From Flavobacteriales bacterium (GTDB lineage Bacteria > Bacteroidota > Bacteroidia > Flavobacteriales_H > JAHEZO01), in the NCBI GenBank assembly GCA_023250995.1, contig JAHEZO010000003.1:1-43144 (forward strand): DNA of 43,144 nt, written 5' to 3'. Position numbers and translations under genes: made by a program. Positions 8,283 to 16,632 of the stretch are shown piece after piece (the stretch's first letter is position 1; every line of letters begins with the position of its first letter). The notes below the pieces were generated by a model. That model saw only the letters and a program-made list of their open reading frames with translations. It had not been told where the DNA came from and made no database searches.

Positions 8283-8400
8283 AAAAAATCTGATGAGCCC
8301 TGCGATGGCTGTTTTCACACGTCCAACGGCCTACAGGGCCACAGCCATCACATCTACCCCCAATGCTTCCGCACCAGATTTTTCAGAGAGCCCCCCGCAA
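8283..8400. other. GC-rich island with multiple complementary segments; candidate structured RNA or repeat-element core (strand undetermined)
   Basis: AAAAATCTG (8284-8292) is complementary to CAGATTTTT (8375-8383). GCCCTG (8297-8302) is complementary to CAGGGC (8334-8339). GATGGCTGT (8304-8312) is complementary to ACAGCCATC (8341-8349). The local G+C is clearly higher than the surrounding AT-rich spacer. Confidence 0.35.
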
Positions 8401-8631
8401 TTTGAGATGTAGAATGTTTTCCCTTTTTAAGATTTTTTTAAAATTTAATGATAAAAAATATATGTATTTTATTGGACTAAATTACATTGGGTTATGGTAT
8501 TAATAAAATCGGACATTCTGCGCAACATCGTTTAATAATAAACCTTTTAACCCCTAAACCCTAAACTTATAAACAAATTTACTGTTTACCATAATCCAAA
8601 GATTTGAAAATAAGTATTAGCAACCTCATAA

Positions 8632-10026
8632 TTATTTATTCGATTTCAAAATATTCATTTTTATCCCTCCCTGCGGCCGGAGGGTAATCAAGGGTTCGAG
8701 CAAGGGAACCGAATTTTGTGCCATGGTAAAATGAAAATGCTGAAGGATTGTTGCCACCACAAGCTGGGCCTCCATCATTGCAAAATTATTTCCGATGCAC
8801 AGGCGGGGTCCGCCTCCAAAAGGGAAATAAGAATATTTTTTGATTGAAGCAGCTCTTTCTGGTGAAAATCTTTCGGGTTCAAATTTATTGGGGTTTTCCC
8901 AATAATCGGGATGACGGTGAATAAGATAAGAAACCATTAGGACATTAATCCCCTTTGGAAGCAGATAGCCTCCCACCACATCATCTTCAAGGGGCCTCCT
9001 TCCCACAATCCATGCGGGGGGATAAAGCCTCAAAGTTTCTTCCACTACCATTTTAGTATATTTTAATTTTGGCAAATCTTCAAAGGATGGGGTTTTCCCA
9101 TTCAAAACGGTTTTTAATTCGTTTCTTAATTTTTCCTCCGCCTCCGGATTTTGTGAAAGGAGAAACCAGAGCCAGGAAAGGGCTATGGCCGTAGTTTCAT
9201 GGCCTGCAATAAAAATGGTCATTATTTCATCCCTGAGCTGCAAATCGCTCATTCTTTCTCCCGTTTCTTCATCTTGCGCCCCCATCAGCATTGAAAGCAA
9301 ATCGTTGTGCTTATCTGATTCATTTCTCCTTGAATCAATAATACCGTAAATCATTTTATCAAACTTTTTTGATTCGGAATTGAATTGCCGGTTTGCCGGA
9401 GTCGGAAACCATAAAGGAATCCGGACGGCCCGCTTAATCCGGTCCATGGCAAAATGATTTGAAACAGAAACGGCATTTCGGATTTCCTCCAGTTTGCCAC
9501 TCACATTTACACCAAAAAGCGCCTCGGCAACAATATCTAAGGTAACCTCATTCATCTCATCCGTAATGGTTATCACCCCTCCATAATTGTATTTATTCTT
9601 CCATTTCTGCACAAGCTTTTCGGCCGAAGCGGTCATTTGTTTTGTAAGTGCCTCCAATTTTTCGCGATGAAATGCGGGCTGGGCCAACCTCCGTTGTTGC
9701 CGCCAGAAATCTCCTTCGCTGGTAAGCAAACCGTTTCCTAAAAAAATTTTTAAAACTTCATAGCCAAAACTTTTAATATAGTTGCGGTTATTTTCCTGCA
9801 AAATATATTTTACATAATCAGGATTGGTTGTGAAACATAAAGAATGACTTATCACCTCTGTTCTGAAAATATCTCCATGCAGTTTTTGATTTTTTTCAAC
9901 AAAGCCGATAATGTCTTTTTTAACATCAAGGCTGTTTTTCATAAACCATCCTCCCGAAACTTTTGGAAGTGGTTTGGCTGTTTTGGTTTTGGCGGAAATG
10001 GTTTTGGATGAATTTTCAGTTAGCAT
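8632..10026 (-). CDS. Cytochrome P450
   Basis: 464 aa with IAGHETTA (I-helix), ETLRLYPP (ExxR) and FGGGPRLCIGNNFA (heme-thiolate loop FxxGxRxCxG). Confidence 0.95.
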   Translation of the reverse strand: MLTENSSKTISAKTKTAKPLPKVSGGWFMKNSLDVKKDIIGFVEKNQKLHGDIFRTEVISHSLCFTTNPDYVKYILQENNRNYIKSFGYEVLKIFLGNGLLTSEGDFWRQQRRLAQPAFHREKLEALTKQMTASAEKLVQKWKNKYNYGGVITITDEMNEVTLDIVAEALFGVNVSGKLEEIRNAVSVSNHFAMDRIKRAVRIPLWFPTPANRQFNSESKKFDKMIYGIIDSRRNESDKHNDLLSMLMGAQDEETGERMSDLQLRDEIMTIFIAGHETTAIALSWLWFLLSQNPEAEEKLRNELKTVLNGKTPSFEDLPKLKYTKMVVEETLRLYPPAWIVGRRPLEDDVVGGYLLPKGINVLMVSYLIHRHPDYWENPNKFEPERFSPERAASIKKYSYFPFGGGPRLCIGNNFAMMEAQLVVATILQHFHFTMAQNSVPLLEPLITLRPQGGIKMNILKSNK

Positions 10027-10084
10027 AATGATCTTTTTTCATTGGGAAATTATTTTGAAAGGAGATAAAGTTTTCCTTATCATG

Positions 10085-10092
10085 CAAACATA
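10085..10092 (-). promoter_or_regulatory. Candidate Bacteroidota -7 promoter box (TATGTTTG) upstream of the P450 gene
   Basis: The minus-strand sequence TATGTTTG matches TAnnTTTG exactly and lies about 59 nt upstream of the start codon at 10026. I saw no clear -33 TTTG. Confidence 0.3.
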
Positions 10093-10305
10093 AAGAAGTT
10101 CTGTGAAAAACCGGAAAAAGTTTCGGGCTATACCCCTTTAGAGCGTGTTTAAATTTATTTCCACTGTGGACTCGGGTGAAATTTTTTTGCTTTTCTCTCT
10201 GTAAAAATTTTTACCGGAGTGATTCGCAGCCGATGGGCAGAGTACCAGGGTTTAAATGCCGCATCATGAGAAAAAATAAACTTACTAAATTTACATCAAA
10301 AACGT

Positions 10306-11904
10306 ATGCCTGTCCGGGGACCCTTGGTTAAAAAATTAAAGCAAATTACATTGCCTTTTTTGTTTTTTTATTCAACCATTTTATTTTCCCAATCCGCTGG
10401 AGATTCTTTATTCAACACGTTAAAAGTTCACTCGGTGCAAATTAATTTTCAGCAATCAAATTACTGGACTTTGCTCACCGGTAATAAAGCTTTTGATGAT
10501 GCGAATGATTCCTCCACTTATATTCCTGCCCAAATAAATATTGACGGCACTATTCTGGATTCGGTAGGAATTCAGTTTAAGGGAAATTCTTCTTATTACA
10601 ATTATCCCGGAAATAAAAAACCTTTCACACTTTCGTTTGATCAATACGACACCCTTCAGAAATACGATGGATTAAAATCAGTAAACCTGAACAACCTTTA
10701 CCAGGATCCGTCCTTTATGCGCGAAAAACTATTTCTTGATTTTATGAATGAAAAAGGGCTCAATGCCCCGAGGGCCAATTTTGCAAGAGTTTTTATCAAT
10801 GGTACCTATTGGGGTTTATACTATCTGAGCGAAAGAGTGAATAAAACATTTTGCAAAAGCCGTTTTGGCAATAAAGACGGGAACTTATTTAAGGGGGATG
10901 GAACTGGTTCTGCCTGTGCCAATCTGGAATATCACGGAGTGATGTCGCCCTACTATAATTGCTATACACTTAAAACGAATACCAGCTCAAATGATTGGTC
11001 GGGTTTGGTTAACCTCACCTACCAAATTAATAACAGTCCCGATGGAAGTTTTAAAGATTCATTGGATGCTGTTTTAAATACCAATTCATTTATCGGTTCA
11101 TGGGCTGCATGCAATATGTTTGTTGATTTCGATTCTTATGCCTTCAGGTTTGTACATAATTACTATATATACCAAAACACCTCGACAAATAAATTTGAAT
11201 GGATAACATGGGATGTGAGTACTGCCTTTGGAATGGATGTACCCGGAACCGTTCCCTCCGTTGAATCGAAAAGCATTTTTTACATTGAACCACCCGAAAC
11301 TTACCGGCCCCTGGCTAACAGGATGTTGAACGACTCGTTTTATAAAAATCAATACCTGAATTTTATTTGCAGCTACCTTCAGGATTTTAACCCTGCGGTT
11401 TTGAACCCAAATATAGACAGCATTTATAATTTAATAAAAGCAGATGTTTATTCCGATTCTCTCAAAATGTTTTCCAACAGCAATTTCGACAACAATATTT
11501 CCTCCAACATAACCATAAATTCTCTTACTTATCCCGGATTAAAATCTTTTATTCAAAACCGGAGCGCTTCCATTCAAAACGAACTAAACTCCCTTGGAAT
11601 TAACTGCAGTTTATTCTCCTCCGCTGAAAACCCGGGAAATTCTGTAAATGAAATAAAAGCATTTCCAATTCCGTTTTCTTCCCGGTTAACGTTGGAATAT
11701 TTCCTTGAAAAATCCGAAAAAACATCCATCGTAATTTTTGATTATCTGGGAAGGGAATTATTAAAAACGGAAAGCAAACAGGAGGCCGAAGGATTAAAAA
11801 AGGTAATAATAAATACCGAAAACTTCCGTTTGGGCGGGATATATTTTTTAAAATTGCAAATTGGTCATGAAATAATTACAAAAAAATTGATTTGCCAAAA
11901 TTAA
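10306..11904 (+). CDS. CotH-like kinase family protein with a T9SS C-terminal sorting domain
   Basis: 532 aa with a signal peptide. CotH-like blocks are present (GIQFKGNSS, KKPFTLSFDQY, LKSVNLNNLYQDPSFMREKL, ARVFINGTYWGLYYLSERV). The C terminus reads AFPIPFSSRLTLEY...DYLGRELL...GGIYFLKLQ...KKLICQN, the Por-secretion-tail pattern. Confidence 0.75.
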   Translation: MPVRGPLVKKLKQITLPFLFFYSTILFSQSAGDSLFNTLKVHSVQINFQQSNYWTLLTGNKAFDDANDSSTYIPAQINIDGTILDSVGIQFKGNSSYYNYPGNKKPFTLSFDQYDTLQKYDGLKSVNLNNLYQDPSFMREKLFLDFMNEKGLNAPRANFARVFINGTYWGLYYLSERVNKTFCKSRFGNKDGNLFKGDGTGSACANLEYHGVMSPYYNCYTLKTNTSSNDWSGLVNLTYQINNSPDGSFKDSLDAVLNTNSFIGSWAACNMFVDFDSYAFRFVHNYYIYQNTSTNKFEWITWDVSTAFGMDVPGTVPSVESKSIFYIEPPETYRPLANRMLNDSFYKNQYLNFICSYLQDFNPAVLNPNIDSIYNLIKADVYSDSLKMFSNSNFDNNISSNITINSLTYPGLKSFIQNRSASIQNELNSLGINCSLFSSAENPGNSVNEIKAFPIPFSSRLTLEYFLEKSEKTSIVIFDYLGRELLKTESKQEAEGLKKVIINTENFRLGGIYFLKLQIGHEIITKKLICQN

Positions 11905-11915
11905 AAACCCTGATT

Positions 11916-12263
11916 ATGAAAACACTTAGTCAATTTTTTGTTCTTCTTTCACTTTTTACTTTGTCGGCAAAAACTTTTTCGCAGGAAAAGAAAAGAAAAG
12001 AAACCATCACAGTTCAAACATCTGCTCAATGCGAGCAATGCAAGGATCGTTTGGAAAAAAAACTGGCTTATACCAAAGGGGTTAAAAAATCGAATTTGGA
12101 TTTAAATACAAAAGGGATAACCGTAGTTTATAATCCCAAAAAAACAACCCCGGAAAAGATAAGAGAAATTATTTCCAAAACCGGTTATGATGCTGACTCA
12201 ATTGCAGCGGATGCCGGTGCCTACCAAAATTTACCTGGATGTTGTAAAAAGGGGGGCCATTAG
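11916..12263 (+). CDS. Heavy-metal-associated (HMA) domain protein, secreted/periplasmic metallochaperone-like
   Basis: The signal peptide is MKTLSQFFVLLSLFTLSAKTFSQ. An HMA-like fold with CEQC (CxxC) is present, and the tail is Cys-rich (PGCCKKGGH). I place the start at the ATG at 11916 rather than the ORF-track start at 11892, which overlaps the CotH stop. Confidence 0.7.
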   Translation: MKTLSQFFVLLSLFTLSAKTFSQEKKRKETITVQTSAQCEQCKDRLEKKLAYTKGVKKSNLDLNTKGITVVYNPKKTTPEKIREIISKTGYDADSIAADAGAYQNLPGCCKKGGH

Positions 12264-12371
12264 CAACAAAAAGGCAATCCATTTTTTTAGGAGAAGATTT
12301 ATTGGTTGGGAGAATTTCATTGGGCAATAAACAATTTCTTTGTCAAATTTATTTTGTGGTTTTAACTTGCA

Positions 12372-13550
12372 CTAATGTGGGTCTCCCGGAATTACATTCT
12401 CACCGGCAATTCGCCTTGTTTCACGGTCAGTTTCAACAAAATCAGAATAGGTAGGATGCTGAATAAAAGGCACGTTATTTAAACAGAATTCTATGAGATC
12501 GGGGATTCGGAGAAAGCCAATTTTATTTTTTAAAAAAGCCTCCACTGCAATTTCATTTGCTGCATTTAGAATACATGGAGAATTTCCTCCCGTTTTAAGC
12601 ACATCATAGGCCAGGCCCAGGGAACGGAATGATTTAATATCGGGTTGTTCAAAAGTTAGCGAAGGATATTTTTGAAAGTTGAACCTTGGAAATTCAGTTT
12701 TAAATCTATAGGGAAATCCAAAGGCGTAATGGATTGGAAGCTTCATATCCGGTAAACCCATTTGCGCTTTTATGCTTCCATCCTCGAACTGAACCATTGA
12801 GTGAATGATGGATTGGGGGTGGATAATAACATCTATCATATCGGGTTTTACATTAAAAAGCCAATGTGCCTCAATTACCTCAAGCCCTTTGTTCATTAAG
12901 GTTGCAGAATCAATAGTTATTTTTGCTCCCATTTCCCAATTGGGATGTTTAAGGGCCTGCTCCCTGGTTACATGTTCAAGTTCATTTTTTGTTTTTCCTC
13001 TGAAAGGTCCACCCGAAGCGGTAAGGTAAATTTTTTCAATTTTATTGTGGAATTCACCGGCCAGACATTGAAATATTGCCGAATGCTCGGAATCTACAGG
13101 ATAAATATTTACTCCTTTTTCTTTTGCCTTTTTTGTAACCAATTCGCCTGCCACAACCAGGGTTTCTTTGTTGGCTAATGCAATTTGCTTTCCGGCTTCA
13201 ATGGCGCTCAGGGTTGATTTTAAACCGGCATAACCAACAATGGCTGCCAAAACCAGATCAACCGTTTCCATTTGCACTACCTCGGATAAAGAATCCTCCC
13301 CCGAAAAAACTTTTATTCCTGCCGGCTGAAGTTCATCCGCCACAATTTTGTATTTGTCATTATCTCCTATTACCACACAGTTTGGGTTAAATTCCTTAGC
13401 CTGCCTGATTAAAAGGTCAGCATTGCTTTTTGCGGCCAGAATTTCAACTGCAAATAATTCGGGTTGGGCCCTTATTACCTCGAGGGCCTGTGTACCTATG
13501 GAACCCGTGGAACCAAGAATGGCAATATTCTTTTTGGGTAATTCTTTCAA
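12372..13550 (-). CDS. dxr: 1-deoxy-D-xylulose-5-phosphate reductoisomerase
   Basis: 392 aa with ILGSTGSIGTQALEV, LANKE, DSEHSAIFQC and NKGLEVIEAHWLF, the canonical Dxr motifs. Confidence 0.95.
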   Translation of the reverse strand: MKELPKKNIAILGSTGSIGTQALEVIRAQPELFAVEILAAKSNADLLIRQAKEFNPNCVVIGDNDKYKIVADELQPAGIKVFSGEDSLSEVVQMETVDLVLAAIVGYAGLKSTLSAIEAGKQIALANKETLVVAGELVTKKAKEKGVNIYPVDSEHSAIFQCLAGEFHNKIEKIYLTASGGPFRGKTKNELEHVTREQALKHPNWEMGAKITIDSATLMNKGLEVIEAHWLFNVKPDMIDVIIHPQSIIHSMVQFEDGSIKAQMGLPDMKLPIHYAFGFPYRFKTEFPRFNFQKYPSLTFEQPDIKSFRSLGLAYDVLKTGGNSPCILNAANEIAVEAFLKNKIGFLRIPDLIEFCLNNVPFIQHPTYSDFVETDRETRRIAGENVIPGDPH

Positions 13551-13753
13551 ACCAAAAATTTTAAGGGAGCCAAAGTTAAAAAGAATTAGACCAGTAAGTA
13601 AAATCTGATGTGCCCGGTGGATGGGGTAATTCTCACCTATGCCTCTTCCTCTGAAAAGCTTTTTGAAACGGATTAGGATTACTGATTAAGTTTTTATCAA
13701 AAAGTGTAAATCCGCTCAACAAAATTTTTTTAATACCCCTGACAAAAATCATA

Positions 13754-13783
13754 TTTGTTTACTAAAAAAATAGAATACATTTG
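13754..13783 (+). promoter_or_regulatory. Candidate Bacteroidota promoter (-33 TTTG, -7 TACATTTG) for the 13843 gene
   Basis: TTTG (13754-13757) and TACATTTG (13776-13783, an exact TAnnTTTG match) are separated by 18 nt. The -7 box lies about 60 nt upstream of the ATG at 13843. Confidence 0.4.
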
Positions 13784-13842
13784 CATCGTTATTTAGAATT
13801 AATCTAAATAATAATTTTAACCACTTAACTTAGATTTTAACA

Positions 13843-14682
13843 ATGAAAAAGTATGTTTTTCTTGGGATATTATCCTTTTCAGCCATCCTGAATCCGGCCA
13901 AAACCCAGGATCGTCATTTTGCCTGGACCTATGAAAGCATCACCCTTCCAAAAGGATCTTTTGATTTTGAGCCATCCTTTATTTACAGTGCGGGGAAAGA
14001 AAATTTTTATAACAGATTATTCACCGCACTGGAATTTGAGACCGGACTTACCGACCATCTGCAAACGGCCTTTTACTTTAATGCGGTTAAGTCAATGGCG
14101 GCTGTTGCCGACTCGAATAATCTGATAACAGGCCTTTCAAGCAGCAGCAGTATATCCATTTCAAATGAATGGAAATTGAACATTTTGAACCCCTCTTCTT
14201 CGCCCGTTGGATTTGGGTTATACGGGGAATACACCCTTTCGGCAGAGGAAATAGAGATTGAATACAAATTACTTCTGGATAAAAAAATGGAAAAGGATCT
14301 CATTTCATATAACCTGGTAGGCGAGCATGGATTTGAATTTATTTTCGAAAACGATGGTAGCGGAAAGGGAGAAATTGAAACAGAGAAAGAAATTAAATTA
14401 GAAAATGACCTCTCTTACATGCACATGTTTAAGCCCACTCTTGGTTTGGGAATTGAAATAAGGAACCATAATATTATTGAAAAAGGGGAATTGGAATTTG
14501 CACCGGTTTTCGCAGGGCCCACATTATTTTTTTCAACCTCAGGGGAAACGGGAAACGACTTTTTTTTTATTATTAATGCCCTGCCCCAATTAACCAACAT
14601 TGCCGGTGAGCGGGTTGGGAAACTTGATTTAGAAGATCACGAAAAAATTGAAGCCAGGGTTTGTTTGGGTTTTACCTTTTAA
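13843..14682 (+). CDS. Hypothetical secreted protein, outer-membrane beta-barrel-like
   Basis: 279 aa with signal peptide MKKYVFLGILSFSAILNPAKTQ, an alternating strand-like pattern and a C-terminal GFTF aromatic terminus. I recognised no family. Confidence 0.4.
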   Translation: MKKYVFLGILSFSAILNPAKTQDRHFAWTYESITLPKGSFDFEPSFIYSAGKENFYNRLFTALEFETGLTDHLQTAFYFNAVKSMAAVADSNNLITGLSSSSSISISNEWKLNILNPSSSPVGFGLYGEYTLSAEEIEIEYKLLLDKKMEKDLISYNLVGEHGFEFIFENDGSGKGEIETEKEIKLENDLSYMHMFKPTLGLGIEIRNHNIIEKGELEFAPVFAGPTLFFSTSGETGNDFFFIINALPQLTNIAGERVGKLDLEDHEKIEARVCLGFTF

Positions 14683-14687
14683 ATATA

Positions 14688-15023
14688 ATGAAATATTTAA
14701 TTATTGTTTTTTGTTTGTTTGGATTTGTACTTGCCTGTAAGCCCGGTTTGTTAATTCCTGTGGAAAAGGATGTGCAAAGGGCACAGGAAAGGTGGCATGA
14801 TATGGATTTGCAAACACTAAAGAATGCTCATAAACTGTACCTTTTAAAATGCGGAAAATGTCATTACACCTATAACCCAACAAATTATTCTGAAGAAGCG
14901 TGGTTAAAGCGAATGCCCGATATGAAAAGAGAAGCCAAACTTGATTCTGCTGAGTTTAAGCTTTTGACAAAATACGTTCTTACAATGAGGGAGGCTTCTA
15001 AATCCTCAAATAATGAAAGGTAA
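14688..15023 (+). CDS. Small lipoprotein with a single CxxCH haem-c motif (haem-binding-domain-like)
   Basis: The start is taken at the ATG at 14688 (MKYLIIVFCLFGFVLAC, lipobox-like); the ORF-track start at 14661 is a TTG inside the upstream gene. The motif LLKCGKCHY is followed by EEAWLKRMPDM. Confidence 0.5.
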   Translation: MKYLIIVFCLFGFVLACKPGLLIPVEKDVQRAQERWHDMDLQTLKNAHKLYLLKCGKCHYTYNPTNYSEEAWLKRMPDMKREAKLDSAEFKLLTKYVLTMREASKSSNNER

Positions 15024-15036
15024 TCAGTCTTGCCTT

Positions 15037-16197
15037 TTAGTTTGGGGAAAAAGCCACAATTACCTTGCAGCTCTGTAGTGTTCCCGAACCCTCTGAGGCA
15101 CTGTGTTGACTCCTTATAGTGTATTCGTGGCCTTCCGTTAAAGCTACAGAATTTGTGGCTGAGGAAAAAATCGGGTTGCTGTTACCAGTATGTGTAACGG
15201 TGATTGTGAGTCCCGTAGTTAATGAGGTTGTGGTATCAAACAAATCAAGTGTGTAAGTGGTTGTTGAGGGGCTGGCAAGGCTGTTGTCTCTAATTGACAA
15301 CCAAATTTTTGTAGCCGTTCCGTTCACCGGACAATACCAAAGGTTATCCGAACCAATGGCAGAAAGAATTGTTGCTGCATTGTCCTCCGGAGTCATAATG
15401 CTTACTCCGGCCCAGTTATAAGCCCCATTGGAGGGATCTGCACTCCAGAAGTATCTTGTTAAAGTTCCGGAGGCAGGAGAAAGACTTCCTGCCACCCAGG
15501 TTAAAAACAAACTTTCTCCTCCGCCTGATCCGGCAGGGCCGGTTGCACCTGTGGGGCCAATATTTCCGGTTGAGCCATTTACACCATCATTCCCACTTGT
15601 TCCGGTTGCCCCGGTATTTCCTGTGGCACCAGTTATGCCATCAGCTCCATTGATTCCCGAAGGCCCGATCAATCCCGTAGGGCCTGTTGCACCATCACTC
15701 CCTGTACCTCCGGTAGCCCCGGGTACCCCCGAAGTTCCTGTTGGACCTATGTTTCCCGTAGCTCCCGTTGGGCCGGTAATTCCATCGATTCCATTATTTC
15801 CGGTTGGCCCCGTTAATCCGGTTGAACCTGTTGGGCCGTCAGTTCCTGACGTTCCGTTTGCTCCTGTTGGGCCCTGTGAACCCGTTGGCCCGGTTGGTCC
15901 GGCAGAAGAAGATGTGATAAGTGACCTCCATATATTACCATCAAAATAATAAAACACATTGTCGGCTGTTTGATAAATTAACAATCCGGTTGCCGGATTT
16001 CCGGGAAGGGATGCAACGTTTACGGTATTGGTATCCGTCCTTGGAACTAATAATCCTTTGGAGCTTGATTGAATTTCAAGGGCAGAGGTGGGGTCGGGAG
16101 TTAAAGTTCCTATGCCCACATTTTTGTTTTGTGCATAAACAGAATAAAAAAAAATTCCAAGGGCAAGGGACAGAAATTGTTTGCGTTTTATTTTCAT
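15037..16197 (-). CDS. Collagen-like triple-helix repeat surface protein: signal peptide, conserved N-domain, about 42 Gly-X-Y triplets, globular C-terminal domain
   Basis: 386 aa. The N-domain [16 protein letters not shown]...[23 protein letters not shown] is shared with the protein at 29468-31312. An uninterrupted [16 protein letters not shown]...GPAGSGG run spans roughly 15523-15900. The roughly 160-aa C-terminal domain has no Por-type tail. Confidence 0.85.
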   Translation of the reverse strand: MKIKRKQFLSLALGIFFYSVYAQNKNVGIGTLTPDPTSALEIQSSSKGLLVPRTDTNTVNVASLPGNPATGLLIYQTADNVFYYFDGNIWRSLITSSSAGPTGPTGSQGPTGANGTSGTDGPTGSTGLTGPTGNNGIDGITGPTGATGNIGPTGTSGVPGATGGTGSDGATGPTGLIGPSGINGADGITGATGNTGATGTSGNDGVNGSTGNIGPTGATGPAGSGGGESLFLTWVAGSLSPASGTLTRYFWSADPSNGAYNWAGVSIMTPEDNAATILSAIGSDNLWYCPVNGTATKIWLSIRDNSLASPSTTTYTLDLFDTTTSLTTGLTITVTHTGNSNPIFSSATNSVALTEGHEYTIRSQHSASEGSGTLQSCKVIVAFSPN

Positions 16198-16244
16198 ATT
16201 ACCAATTTGATGTATTAGAGAAGTAACTCTATTGGGGTTGATAC

Positions 16245-16432
16245 GTTTAGGATTTAGGAGTTTAGGGGTTTAAGGGTTGAAGAGTTAAAGGGTTGAAGAG
16301 TTTAAGGGTTGAAGAGTTTAAGGGTTTAAGAGTTTAAGAGTTTAAGGGTTTAAGAGTTTAAGGGTTGAAGAGTTTAAGAGTTTAAGAGTTTAAGAGTTTA
16401 AAAGTTGAAGAGTTTAAAAGTTTAATTCTTAA
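16245..16432. repeat. Tandem octamer array (GAGTTTAA / GGGTTTAA / GGGTTGAA variants, about 22 units)
   Basis: The sequence reads directly as ...GAGTTTAAGGGTTGAAGAGTTTAAGGGTTTAAGAGTTTAAGAGTTTAAGGGTTTAAGAGTTTAAGGGTTGAAGAGTTTAAGAGTTTAAGAGTTTAAGAGTTTAAAAGTTGAAGAGTTTAAAAGTTTAA. It lies 50-235 bp upstream of the collagen-like gene start. Confidence 0.9.
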
Positions 16433-16555
16433 AGTTCATAATAATAGATTCAATTTCTTCCGTTGTTTTAAATAGCCTTACCGGTTAAGTTTGGAAATAT
16501 TAAATATATATGTTTCAAAAAATAGTTAACATTTTTTATCTAACCACAAAAGCTC

Positions 16556-16632
16556 AAAACTATAAACCCATAAACCATAAACCATAAACCCATAAACTAA
16601 TAAACTGATAAACTTTTTAACTCATAAACTAA
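16556..16632. repeat. C/A-rich octamer-like array (CATAAACC / CATAAACT variants), complementary in sense to the 16245-16432 array
   Basis: The sequence is CTATAAACCCATAAACCATAAACCATAAACCCATAAACTAATAAACTGATAAAC...CTCATAAACTA. Its reverse complement (GGTTTATG-type) mirrors the G/T-rich array across a ~120-bp AT-rich centre. It overlaps the ilvA stop codon. Confidence 0.75.

Noticed and set aside
8288-8296. A CUGAUGAG string resembling the hammerhead ribozyme core
   Set aside because: The stem that follows (GCCCUG...CAGGGC) is not followed by the obligatory GAAA, and there is no stem III or cleavage-site arrangement. The minus strand has no hammerhead core either.
8283-8400. Possible SRP (4.5S) RNA on the minus strand: GGGGGCUCU near the 5' end and a UGC-GGAA-GCA tetraloop hairpin
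   Set aside because: The conserved domain IV loops (the AGCA-type symmetric loop after the GNRA hairpin) are absent, as is a 3' end complementary to the G-rich 5' end. The resemblance is limited to two short strings.
8293-8412. 39-codon plus-strand ORF (MSPAMAVFTRPTAYRATAITSTPNASAPDFSESPPQFEM) covering the GC-rich island
   Set aside because: It lies on the strand opposite to all neighbouring genes. It has no signal or transmembrane character and an Ala/Thr/Pro-rich low-information composition. It coincides exactly with the self-complementary segments, so a nucleic-acid-level feature explains it better. I cannot fully exclude a small protein.
8632-10026. P450 near a 3-beta-HSD-like epimerase: possible sterol (CYP51-type) chemistry
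   Set aside because: The I-helix reads AGHETT, not the CYP51-type signature, and no cyclase or squalene-related genes are nearby. The P450 is also separated from the epimerase cluster by the 830-bp repeat-filled gap.
15428-15949. 173-aa plus-strand ORF (PVGPVAPV...) antisense to the collagen-like gene; the same pattern occurs at 30642-31013
   Set aside because: Gly-X-Y coding DNA (GGN-CCN-ACN) stays open on the opposite strand and yields Pro/Val/Gly repeats. This is a compositional artefact.
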